Assembly (NCBI GenBank): GCA_951406725.2
Contig: OX597816.1
Location: forward strand, 166,408,001-166,472,000
Length of the DNA stretch: 64,000 nucleotides
Direction: 5' to 3'
Source: Octopus vulgaris
Lineage: Eukaryota
Shown: positions 51,645 to 64,000 of the stretch, one piece after another
Position numbering within the stretch: the first letter of the stretch is position 1
Layout: every line of letters starts with the position of its first letter
Notes under the pieces: model-generated
The model's input: the letters and a program-made list of their open reading frames with translations, nothing else
Told to the model about the DNA's origin: nothing
The model's database searches: none
Position numbers and translations under genes: made by a program

Positions 51645-52414
51645 CATATATATACGACAGGCTTCTTTCAGTTTCCATTTAACAAATTAACTCACAAGGC
51701 TTTGGTTGGCCCGAGGCTGTAGTAGAAGATATTTGCTCATGGTGCCACACATTGGGACTCAACCCGGAACCATGTGTGTCTGTGTTTGTCTCCCCAACAT
51801 TGCTTGACAACCGATGCTGGTGTGTTTACGTGCCCGTAACTTAGCGTTTCGGCAAAAGACACAGATAGAATAAATACTAGGCTTACAAAGAACAAGTCCT
51901 GGGGTCGATTTGCTCGACTAAAGGCGGTGCTCCAGCATGGCCGCAGTCAAATGACTGAAACAAGTAAGTAAAGAGAGTAATTACTTTTTAGATAATGCTG
52001 TACAAATCACAGATTCTTTCTTCCTTTCTTTTTTTTTTCTTTCCAAATCTTGTCAATATTATCGTAATATTTACCCTTGTAATCCTGAAGAAATACGCAT
52101 TCAACAAAGTTAGGTGGGAGAGGGAATGATCCCCCCCTCACACAAACACCTCAAAATAACTCTTTCTACTATAAGCAAGAGGGCTAAAATTTGGTGGAAG
52201 GGGGTAAGTCGATTACATCCACCTCAGCGCTCGACTGGTACTTATTTTATCGACCCCGAAAGGATGAAAGGCGAAGTTGAGCTGGACGGAATTTGAACTC
52301 AGAACGTAAAAATGGGACGAAATGCCTCTAAGCATTTTGTTCGACGCTCTAACAATTTTGCTAGCCCTTCTCCTGCTCCAATAATCTTAATCTACATCCA
52401 TCCTTTATAATGGA

Positions 52415-52811
52415 CTAGCAGTATCGCCCGGCGTTGCTCGGGTTTGTAAGGGAAATAACTATATAAGGATTTTTAGAGAGTTATAGCCAAAAAATAGCAA
52501 AAATATGCATTAAAAATGGAAAAAAATTATGGTAATTTTTTTAAAATCGTTGACTCATCGTAGACATTTTTAGAGAGTCCTTCCCTTATATAATAGCGAA
52601 AAAATGCATTAAAATGGAAAAAAATTATGGTAATTTTTTTTTAAATCGTAGACTCATCGTAGACGCGCGCTAATACCCAGAAGGGCTCGATATGAATCAC
52701 GACTATAAGATACCCGCTTTTGGTTACACTGCACCGCAAAATGTGGGAGTAGTTAGGAATCTAAATCGTAGAAGACAGACACTCACACAACTTCACTTTT
52801 ATATATAGAGA
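52415..52811 (-). mobile_element. Non-autonomous Helitron, same family as 41147-41448, with an internal duplication
   Basis: same termini and interior, reverse orientation. Confidence 0.8.
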
Positions 52812-53176
52812 TATCGGGAAAATTTCATTAAAAATTATGCGTTCTTAAGCTATGAAGGAAACCAAGGCGTAAGGGAGGAGCATATTTCTGAAGTTATAAC
52901 CAATAAATTAACAACCGTTTAAAATAACTGTAAATATTGAAATAATGTGATATTTGATAAAGATCAAATCCTAATAGAACCGCCTTTAATTATTTCTTTT
53001 TAAATGATCATGATCTGTATTTTGGCGGGGAAATAAAACTGTTTTTGTTGTCGTTCGTTATCTTTCTGCAACCGCCAAACAAACTGTTGTGGTAACTAAC
53101 GAAAGAGAAGAAAGAAATGTAAATATTAGTAAAACAGAACCACATTATATGTAAATAGAAAAAGACTTCGACTTAC

Positions 53177-53209
53177 TGAATTCTGATTTTCTAAATTACC
53201 TCCTAACAT
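53177..53209 (-). CDS. NME7: NME7 coding exon 1 (MLGGNLENQNS)
   Basis: ATG at 53209-53207, 33 nt open, then a consensus GTAAGT donor in phase 0 matching exon 2; promoter-like motifs lie just upstream. Confidence 0.7.
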
Positions 53210-53301
53210 CGTGATGCAAGTAATTTCTTATTTTTTTCAACGCAGAGAATTCTAAATCAAACTTATGAAAATCGAGACATTTTCTTTTTAGTTAGGAAGC
53301 T

Positions 53302-53354
53302 GTTGTTAGCAACGGTTCCAAACCGGAAGAATTTAGAAATATCTCTTCCGGAAA
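53302..53354. promoter_or_regulatory. Putative NME7 promoter: X-box-like (RFX) site plus two ETS-like sites
   Basis: GTTGTTAGCAAC at 53302-53313, CCGGAAG at 53323-53329 and CTTCCGGAAA at 53345-53354, all 90-145 bp upstream of the ATG of a ciliary gene. Confidence 0.5.
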
Positions 53355-55535
53355 CAATATTAAACCGTTCACAGCTGACTTAGAAGGGGGCTTCTATGTG
53401 TGAGAAGCTTCGAAATGCTAGAAATAGCAGCCAGGTCTCTCCCAAATTACGGCGAGCTGCGTTTTATTTAAAGAAGACGTGTTGGTGGCAGCCAGATAGA
53501 AAAGATCCAAGTTCTGGATCTGAATAATCTGTGCTGGAATGGTCACAGTTGGAATAACTTTTGATGATACGTTTGCTCAATCTCGGGGTGCTAGGAGCTT
53601 CGAAATGCTAGAAATAGCAGCCAGATCATTTCGATGCTGTAGTTTTGGACCTGGGTGCATTTGAACTCGGGGTAAACAACAACGGCGATAGTTATTCGGG
53701 CGGGCTGGCAGAAATGTTAGCATGCCGGGCGAAATGCTTTGTGGTATTTCGTCCATCGCTGCGTTCTGAGTTCAAATTCCGCCGAGGTTGACTTTGCTTT
53801 TCATCTTTTCGAGGTCGATAAATTAAGTACCAGTTACGCCCTGGAGTCGATATAATCGATTTAATCCGTTTGTCTGTCCTTGTTTGTCCTCTCTGTGTTT
53901 AGCCCCTTGTGGGTAGTAAAGAAATCGGTATTTTGTCTGCCGCTACGTTCTGAGTTCAAATTCCTCCGAGGTCGACTTTGGCTTTCATCCTTTCGGAGTC
54001 GATAAATTAAGCACCAGTTACGCACTGGGGTCGATATAATCGACTTAATCCGTTTGACTGTCCTTATTTGTCCCCTCTGTGTTTAGACCCATGTGGTCAG
54101 TAAAGAAATAAGTTATTCACAATAAGGAAGAGAAAAATATATCCCAAGCGGTGCGAGAGATATTAGTTAAACAAACGTCAGGTAGATCCTATGTGGTGAG
54201 ACAAAAATCTTCGATTTACTCAAATTATCTATGCAATTCATGAACAAAAGCTCCCTCTATATGTGTTTAAAATCTCAAAAACAAATATCGAAATGACTTT
54301 ATTAAAAACGAAGCAAGACGATGTGAGTGAATCTTTTTACCTTGTTTCAGTCCTTAGACTGCGGCCTAGCTGGGGCACTGCCTTGACGGGTTTAGTACTA
54401 ATTTTTTTAAAAGTCTAGAACTTATTCTAATGTCTCTTTTGCCAAACCACCGATGTTACGAGGCTGTAAACAAACCAACAGTGATTGTCAAGTAGTGTAC
54501 GCGGGAGAGGTACACAAGCACAAGGGACACACACACACACACACACACAAACACAAACACACAGACACACACACACACACAAATTTATATATACACAATG
54601 GGCTTCCATAGTTTCATTCTACCAAATTCACTTACAAGACATTGGTCGACCCGGAGCTACAGAACATGCTTGTCCAAGGTGTCTTGCAGTGGGATTGAAC
54701 CGAAACCCACCTAGCCAAAGAGCGAACTTCTTAATCACACAGTCATGTCTACGCCTTGTCTTTGAAGAAAGCCTCTTTCAGCCCTTTTACATCTCTCCTA
54801 AGCGGAGCATAATATTCAACGAAATCAGGGACTTAAAATACAACAATATGTCTTTACTCGTTTTTTTTTTTACTTGTGTCAGTCATGTGACTGTGGCCAT
54901 GCTGGAGCACCGCCTTTAGTCGAGCAAATCGACCTCAGGACTTATTCTTTGTAAGCCTAGTACTTATTCTATCGATCTCATTTGCCGAACCGCAAAGTTA
55001 CGTGGACGTAAACACACCAGCATCAGTTGTCAAGCGATGTTGGGGGGACAGACACAGACACACAAACATATACGCACGCACACACACACACACAAACATA
55101 TACGCACGCACACACACACACACAAATATATATATAGGCGCAGGAGTGGCTGTGTGGTAAGTAGCTTGCTAACCAACCACATGGTTCCGGGTTCAGTCCC
55201 ACTGCGTGGCATCTTGGGCAAGTGTTTTCTGCTATAGCCCCGGGCCGACCAATGCCTTGTGAGTGGATTTGGTAGACGGAAACTGAAAGAAGCCTGTCGT
55301 GTATATGTATATATATGTATGTGTGTGTGTGTGCTTGTGTGTCTGTGTTTGTCCCCCTAGCATTACTTGACAGCCGATGCTGGTGTGTTTACGTCCCCGT
55401 AACTTAGCGGTTCGGCAAAGGAGACCGATAGAATAAGTACTGGGCTTGCAAAAAATGAGTCCCCGGGGTCGATTTGCTCGACTAAAGGCGGTGCTCCAGC
55501 ATGGCCGCAGCCAAATGACTGAAACAAGTAAAAGA

Positions 55536-55574
<39 letters not shown>

Positions 55575-55575
<1 letters not shown>

Positions 55576-55953
55576 TAGCAGTATCGCCCGGCGTTGCTCA
55601 GGTTTGTAAGGGAAATAACTATAAAGCATTTTTAGAGAGTTATAGCCAAAAAATAGCAAAAAAATGGGAAAAAAATGATGGTAAATTTTTTTGAGAGTTA
55701 AAAAAGGTGGAGTTGCGTCCCCTAGACGGTCTGTGGTTTGGGTTTCTGATTCTCGACCCCATGTCGAATTTATCGATTTTTTTCAGAACTGAGGGAACTT
55801 TTCAAAATTTTCGCTGCGTTAGTTTTGAATTATGACATTGGGCTATGTGTGTGTCAAGTTTCATCAGAATCGGTTGAAAGCCGTGGTCAGAGTGAGGGTA
55901 CGAGAAAACAGACACACAGAAAACGCACAGACAAACTGCCGTTTATATAGAGA
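55575..55953 (-). mobile_element. Non-autonomous Helitron with the shared 3' end but a different interior
   Basis: GCAACGCCGGGCGATACTGCTAG terminus. Confidence 0.75.
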
Positions 55954-57059
55954 TATATATATATATATATATACGACAGGCTTCTTTCAGTTTCCGTCTA
56001 CCAAATTCACTCACAAGGCTTTGATCGGCCCGAAGCTATAGTAGAAGACATTTGCCCAAGGTTCCACGCAGTGGGACTGAACCCGGAACCATGTGGTTGG
56101 TAAGCAAGCTACTTACCACAGAGCCACTCCTACGCCTACGTCTGTAAATAATATTTTCAACTGGCAACTTTATAAGTGAGGGAATGAATTTTGCTCCGGG
56201 AGTGCAAACCCAGGCCCGATGAAGTTTTTCAGGAGGATGTTCAAACCGTTTTTATTGCCCACGAAAATTTTAGTGGGTGCTCTTGTAACCCTTGTATCTC
56301 TTGTTCCCGATCCTATGTGTGGCTTTTGAAACGTTGAAGAATGGGTACTGGACCCCTAGCAAAACTAAGTTTTGATTTCATTTGAGTCCTATCTCATTAA
56401 AGTATTAGCGAATGCTCGTGGCGTAGGGAGCCTGGATGTTTCAACGCCTCAGCCTTGCAATTACCTGCGCTGATGGCATATCTTGGGGTCTCTAGAAAAT
56501 TTAGAAAGGAACCAATTTCCTCTGACCTGATTATAGCCGAAATACAATGAATGGTATGCTTCTGCTCCCGTGGCGATTATTTATTGATTGATTTTCTTTG
56601 CTTTTTTTTCTTTATTCCTTTTCCATTTTCTAACTGTTTACTTTTATATGTAACGTAACCACGAATCTGGTCTCCGTCATCCTTTGTGTCAAAACGCTCT
56701 TCAAAACCTTTCCATTAACACTGACCACTGATACTGGTTGGCACTGACCAATCCTTTTAACGTACTTCACCCTTTCCGCAATATACATCAAAGTGCTCAT
56801 TATATATTTCTTTACTACCCACAAGGGGCTAAACACAGAGGGGACAAACAAGGACAGACAAACGGATTAAGTCGATTACATTGACCCCAGTGTGTAACTG
56901 GTACTTAATTTATCGACCCCGAAAGGATGAAAGGCAAAGTCGACCTCGGCGGAATTTGAACCCAGAACGTAACGGCAGACGAAATACGGCTACGCATTTC
57001 GCCCGGCGTGCTAACGTTACTGCCAGCTCGCCGTCTTCAAAGGGCTCATTATAACTCCT

Positions 57060-57520
57060 TTCCGGATTGAGAGCCCATTCTAGCCAGCCTTTGCCATTTG
57101 TAACACAGCATCAACCACCTTCAGTTGCAAATCACCCACGTCAAACTCATACAGTGGTTTTATTGGTGTGCTAAAACCTGAGGTCGCCATGAGCGGCTCA
57201 CTCCATTTCTCATCTGAACATGTGGATTTCAGATATGCTTCCCGCTCTTCTTTCAACACCTTTAGGAATTCGAATGCTCTTTCTTCAAACATCGTCCTCT
57301 CAAATACATTTTTGGTCTTTATAGAAACCCTTTCACTGTTTCTCTCGGTATTTCCTCTTCTAGAAATGCTATTCCGCCTTTCTCTTGTTTACGAACCTTC
57401 CCTTCACATCATCATAGAGCTCCGAAGGGCCTGCTTTTATTTCTTCCCGAGCCTTCAACATCTGTCACCAAAGAATTTTTTTCTAGGCCTGAAATTCGCC
57501 AGCAGACGCCGCTTTCTTCG
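57060..57520 (-). mobile_element. Highly degenerate HERO/NeSL-like non-LTR fragment (region upstream of RT)
   Basis: EEREAYLKSTCSDEKWSEPL...PLYEFDVGDLQLKVVDAVLQMAKAG resembles the pre-RT block of RLE-type LINEs; recognised from memory only. Confidence 0.5.
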
Positions 57521-59980
57521 ATAACTTCCATCCCAAATTGCTCGGTTTCCTCTACTCAACATGGACTTGGGGACTTGGCCCCAAATTCTTCCGTTGACTA
57601 AAATTAACGCAGTTTCAGCACCCCTGGCTCCCCCCCCGCTTCACTCTTCAATTCCTTGCAACTCAATTCCTTCCCCATCCATTCTTCATCTGTAGCTGAC
57701 GGCTACAAGATGAAAACCATCCTCTCCCTCTTCTCTTGTGCAGAGTGAGGGTCTGTAGTATTGTGGTTTGAAACCTAATATATGGCTAACCGAATCCCGC
57801 ATTTGCAACCTTCTACTACACCATAACCTCGTCTTGGGCACTACAATACCTCTCCACTCACCTTTATGCACCCTCCCACATATCTCGGGAAAATCTTCGG
57901 ATCCCTGTCCAACACGGGAAGACGGTTGCCAAGGAAGCACACACCCACCAATGGGAATATAAACCTCTTTATCAATCCAGTAAGTACTGGAGACAACTGA
58001 AGGTACGCTTCGGTCTTATCAGCTGTCATCAGTGAATCGTAGACTTCACAGTACTGTAGGAGAAAATACACTGAGTATAGTATACTGGCAGGTGTGAAAT
58101 GATGCCATAATTAGCTAATTAATTTCTGTGGCTAATTACTTTCTGACGTCACTTACATAAAAACTACAACAATTAACTTCAGTAATTAACCGCAGTGATT
58201 CATTCGCTAAAATATGCTTCGCTCCCAGTGACGACGAATGCGATGACGTCACTATGACGACGAATACGATGAAGTCACTGCTTCGCTGAGGAGACCTAAC
58301 AATACGAAAACATGTCCAGAATTGTTTCCCGTGTTCGCCGAAACAAAAAAAAATATTGTTCACTGAGCAAACGCTGTCTTTTCTTCACTTCATAATTTTT
58401 CCTAAATAGGAATAATTATAAATTAGGTGTCATTGTGTTTCGTCGTTGCATTCTGAGTTCAAGTTCCCCCTATTCCAGTTAAGATTGATACGCTTAAAGC
58501 CCATAAAAGTGGAATCTGGTACACTCCGCTCCCCATTCATCTCCATAAATGATATAACCCAGTGTCTATATAAGATTTTATTATTGCTAACTGTTTGGTC
58601 TCACTGTCGAAAGAAAGCTAACTCCAATGGTTTGCGCCACTTAAAACTGTGGACTGGGAGAGACTGTCCGTTCCACCTGCAAGAAATAGCAGCTAAATCT
58701 CCCTTCAATCACATCTTAGTTGTACGATATATTCCTAGATACACTGTGTGCTGAAAAGAGATGCCCACGAGTGGAACCTCATATATATTACATTCATACA
58801 TATATATGTAAGTGTATGTGTGTATACATATGTGTATATATATATATTTACATATGTATGTGGGCATATATATACACATATATTCATACAAGCACTCCAC
58901 ACACACGTAGATGTAAGTAAACACTATCTACACGATAATTAATACTGTCCATTCCTTTTCACTACCTGTCAACTACCGTGTTAATATTAAAGAACGTTCA
59001 CCCGTAAAAAAAAAAAAACGAAAAAAGCATTATCATTATTATTATTATTATTATTTATTTATCATAATTTCCCATCACCACCATTCTCATTTTCCTGTAA
59101 CGAACAGAATATTTAATTTTTTGTTGAAACTATTCGGTAATTATAACTAAAACAACTATACACACGGCACTTAACCTTCTCTCTTTCCCTCTCTCTCTCT
59201 CCTTCTCTCTTCTTCCCTGCCTGTTTCTACTTGCACTCGCTTTCTCCTTCCCTCTTTCTATCTTTCTCGTGTTCTCTCTTCCCCCCTCTCTGTATCTGTC
59301 TCTGTGTTTTTTTCCTCCCTCTCCTGCTTAGTTGCTTCTTTCACCAAGTAGTAATGTTTTTGTGTTTCGTGTGGCAGTAAAACTTCCAACTCACTTAGCT
59401 TTGGTTTCTGTAAGTACTTTCACCACTTTTATTCATATATATATATATAGACAGATAGCTAAATATAAGTATCATATATGTGACTGGGATTTCGTTGTTT
59501 CATTTAAGTTTTGCTTAATCTGTTATAATACTTTAAATCTTGTCAGGTAATTTATAACAACACTCCTTGTTTATGTATTCATTTAATAAATTCATTTCTT
59601 GCGATAAATGTTATTATTATTAGTAGTAGTATTCAAACCAACTTATTTTAACACTTTGTATAGAATCTTACAGTCTCTATCGATCTTGGTATTTAAAACA
59701 ATATAATCGATCTTTTATCTAAAAAAAAAGACAAACTAATTTCACTGAGAGTAAATATCTCTGCCAATATATTGAATATGTAGGTTAAAAGTACAATATT
59801 TATGTATTCGACATATATATAAATGTTTCACTACACCTGTTCTTCTGTTAATATTTAATTAGATTTTAATTAACTGAAATCTTAAAAACAACGGCTGATA
59901 AGGAACGTCTATTTTATTATATTTTATAAGAAACCTGAACTTTAACCACACTTCAAACGTTACCTGTGCCAATATATTTA

Positions 59981-59983
<3 letters not shown>

Positions 59984-60029
<46 letters not shown>

Positions 60030-60092
60030 GTATGTATGTATATATCTGTATGTATGTATATATCTGTGTATGTATGTATGTATATATCTGTG

Positions 60093-60127
<35 letters not shown>

Positions 60128-60150
60128 GTGTATGTATATATCTGTGTATG

Positions 60151-60183
<33 letters not shown>

Positions 60184-60197
60184 CTGTGTATGTATAT

Positions 60198-60239
<42 letters not shown>

Positions 60240-60260
60240 CTGTGTGTGTATGTATGTATA
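59984..60260. repeat. Compound (TA)n/(TATG)/(TCTG) microsatellite
   Basis: direct reading. Confidence 0.9.
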
Positions 60261-61082
60261 TGATGCAATTTGTTTACATCTTGAGAATTTAGAAAGTTCA
60301 AGAGATATGAAATATATCGTTTTGATCGAACTCGAAGTAAATAAAGCTATAAATAATAGTGTGTGTGGGAATATTGGATTGAGAAACCTCTTAGATGAAA
60401 TGAAAAAAAAAAAAAGTCTTCGACTCTCGATTCCTCGATTCTTCTTTTTCTCCATTCTACTCATCTCTTCCACGTAATCATTTACTTCGTCACTTTTTAA
60501 ATGACAGCCAAATGCTTTTAGCAATTATATATAAATACATATATACACGCACTGCTCCCACCCACACACGAAAACGGCGACCAGTTCCTTAATATTACAC
60601 CCTTTTAATACATCAGTTATATCCATTCTTGATTTTATCTCTTCGCCACGATCTCTCTCCCACTATCTATCACACATACACAGAAATATGTACGTATACA
60701 CACTCATTATGTATATATATATATATATATAGACAATACATACACACATATTATAGATATGCATACATCCGTTTTAGTTTTAGATTCTTATATTTTTATT
60801 ACGGTAAATTGAAAGCAAAACCTCTTAATTTAGAATATATATTTTTCATTCTCTCTCTGTTTGTCATTAATAATGATAATAATCTACAGTTATACATGCG
60901 CGTGTGTGTGTATGTTATATATATATATATATGTATATATATGTGTGTGTCTGTGAGTGCGCGCACGTATGAAGTAGTACATCGCTAATATAATGCACAC
61001 ACCAGACACATGTCCATTTCGCCTCCACACATGACAAATGCTATCGTTTCCATGTTTTTTTTCCTTTTTCGGAAAAGCACGG

Positions 61083-61153
<71 letters not shown>

Positions 61154-61340
61154 GGCACACCGCTGTGTATTTAAATACACTCCGACACATGTTTATGCCG
61201 CCTCCTCCCTTTCACCATATTTATATATATTTGATTACGTGAATTTTTATTCTTTCAAGACTAATTTAACTTTTGTATATGAACCAAAAGCCAAAAAAAA
61301 AAAAAGAAAAGCTTAATTCCTCTAATTAAACACAATTAGT

Positions 61341-61341
<1 letters not shown>

Positions 61342-61395
<54 letters not shown>

Positions 61396-61420
61396 GTCTA
61401 TCTATGTATCTATGTATCTG

Positions 61421-61475
<55 letters not shown>

Positions 61476-61496
61476 GTCTATCTATGTATATCTATG

Positions 61497-61529
<33 letters not shown>

Positions 61530-61680
61530 GTCTATCTATGTATCTATCTATCTTTCTGTCTATCTATGTATCTGTCTATCTATCTTTCTGTCTATCTATG
61601 TATCTATCTATCATTCTATCTATCTATCTGTCTATCTATGTATCTATCTATCTATCTATCTAGGATTTATCTATCTATCT
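61342..61680. repeat. (TATC)n / GATA microsatellite
   Basis: direct reading. Confidence 0.95.
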
Positions 61681-64000
61681 AGATAGATGTTTTGTCGTTT
61701 GTCTTTTCCTCTCAGTCACACGAAAACAATTGGTACGGAAATATAATTGACAATGGATTTTTGTATTCACTTCATTCTGCCTTTTCATTGCTTTCAATTT
61801 TCCCATCATATGCGGCTAATAAACCTCTTTTCTGTATAATAGAGTAAAAGATATTATATAATATAACGGTATGCGTTTACAAAAGCGTCGGGCAAAGTAA
61901 AAACCTTTTTCATCTGTAAGCTTTTGTAGAGGGTTAAGGTGGTTAAAAATTGCATTGTAGTGAGTAAAAGCATTATTTAATTTTTTTTTTGCGTACATGT
62001 AGAAACAGTGATATTATAACATTTAATTGGTTTAATTATACGTTATGAGCGGTTGAAAAACGAAAATTAACATTCAGTTCTTTTCAGTTGAATATTTTGA
62101 AATGGCGAAATTACATAAATAAATTTTATACTTTCGTTTTGCTTATTAAAAGCTTCACAAAAACGTCACGTTCGCCGACGCTATTGTATACTCTTAACAC
62201 AACATTAAGAATCTAGTAACATTACGTAGATGTGGAATTAACCAAACAAACAAAATTTATATAAGCAATTTCCTTATATAATAAATGTAGAAACGTGCTT
62301 CATATATTTGTAAGATATACAAGAAATATCAACACCTAGACAGATATAAAAGTATAAAAACTTTCTTCAGCCTTTAAAATTACAATTTAGAATATAATTA
62401 TATATCCTTCTTTCTTCTTTTTTTTTTACGACCGTATCCCTAAATGAACCATTTAGATGTCATTAATACGGACGACAATACTTTAGTGTTGTTATTATTT
62501 TTAGCACTCACATCTACCCTGTGTATCTGCCAGTCATGACAAGCCTGTCTTTTGAAGAATATCTAAGACTACACTACCGAATGTGTACTTTCTGCATTTA
62601 AACTCGGTGTGGTGTGATCTAAGTGAAATTTGTCTGCTATTTCTTGCAGGCCGGTTAACCGTAGAGGATCGCTTGGTGGCTCCAACAACGTGGAATGTAG
62701 CTAAATATTTGAAATTATTCACACTCCACCGTCGTTATCTTTGTTTATTTAAGAATGTCAAAGCATTATCCTGCTCCGAATTTAACTGAATAGTTCTGAG
62801 AATCGTGATGATATTTATAATATATTTTTGTATCAGTTTATGATGAGTGAAAGAAGTATGTGACGGTGAGGTAGTTAGTTGTGCTCTCATTCGCACAATT
62901 CTGTCATTGTATGGCTAGGCGAAATGTGAATGGGTGAACTGGTAGTGTATTCATCAAAAGGTGCCCTGGTATTTTGTTATTTGTCCTTGTGTTTCATCTT
63001 CGTTGTCCCCATCCCCTCTCTTTCTCTCCCTTTGTGTGTGTGTGTATAAGTGTGGCTGTGCGGTAAGAAGTTTGCTTCCCAACCACATGATTCTGGGTTC
63101 AATTCCCATTGCAACGTACCTTGAGCAAGTGTCTTTTACAATGGCCTCAGGCCAACCAAAGCCTTGTGAGAGGATTTGGTAAATGGAAACTTAAAAAAAA
63201 AAAAAACCTGTCGTATATACAGGGCCATGTGCTGGGAGTGGTGGTACCAAGGAGGACGTGACAAAGACAAGGAAATTTCCACAACCGTCAGCTTGTACAT
63301 GCCGAAGTTCAGCTTGCCTGGGACGCCAACAACCATAGGGTCAGCCCTGCATATATATGTATGTATGACAACCGGTGTTGGTGTGTTTAATCCCCATGAC
63401 TTAATGGTTCAACAAAAGAGACCGATAGAATAAGTACTAGGCTTGAAGGAAACTACTGGTGCCATTTCATTAGACTGAAATTCTTCAAAGGTGGTGCTCC
63501 GGCATGGCCGCAGTCTAATGACTGAAACAAATGAAAGACAAAAGGCGTGTGAAAAAAAAGCCTCTTAAAAGCTACCAAAGCACTGACATATACATACAAG
63601 ATGGCACACCTGATTACAAAGTCCTACATGCATGAATAAATGCTAAACAATAACACACGATGGGAAGGATGGCTTCCCTTTGCAAATACTGTTAGGGCAC
63701 AGAAAGTGTGTCAATAGCCAGCTGGAGAAGATGTTCTCCTGGGGCTCCAAGCTACAGTGGCTTCCACCCTTAGTGGTTAGCCACATTTAGGTGGCAAATG
63801 TACTTCACAATATACTTAAGTGGCAAATATACTTCACAACCATAAAATTTAATCGCTTAGAGTTTTCCATAAAAACTCTCCATTACAAACTAACATACAC
63901 TCTTAACCTTTTTGATAGCAACGCAGCTGAAGCCGGCTCTGGCTCAGAGTACAAAAGTCTTGTTTTCATAAGTTTTGAATTAAAATCTTCCACCAAACCT

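Noticed and set aside
53200-53209. Shorter NME7 exon 1 using the GTAATT donor
   Set aside because: Gives phase 1, incompatible with phase-0 exon 2; the GTAAGT donor at 53176 fits

Overview
AT-rich, microsatellite- and SINE-saturated animal genomic DNA; the repeat families look like those of an octopus (coleoid cephalopod), which is an inference. Most ORFs in the supplied track are microsatellite or SINE artefacts. Host genes: (1) a complete 9-exon NME7 gene on the minus strand (CDS 53209 to 33176, 384 aa, all GT-AG introns in phase), with an X-box/ETS promoter and an apparently inactivated NDK domain A; (2) an intact, intronless 618-aa hAT (Buster/SPIN/GTF2IRD2-like) transposase-derived ORF at 26050-27906, convergent with NME7 and probably domesticated; (3) a probable terminal exon of a GPI-anchored protein at 4007-4172. 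Mobile DNA includes mariner and maT relics, Merlin-, Kolobok- and piggyBac-like MITEs, Helitrons, at least four SINE families, and R4/Dong and HERO LINE scraps. Two observations stand out. First, 14.4-20.9 kb holds five divergent ORF1-only (RT-less) retroelements in head-to-tail chains that share a 3' tail with the commonest SINE. Second, three palindromic Penelope-type ends inside NME7 introns carry hammerhead ribozyme folds, one with a compensatory G3-C8 core.
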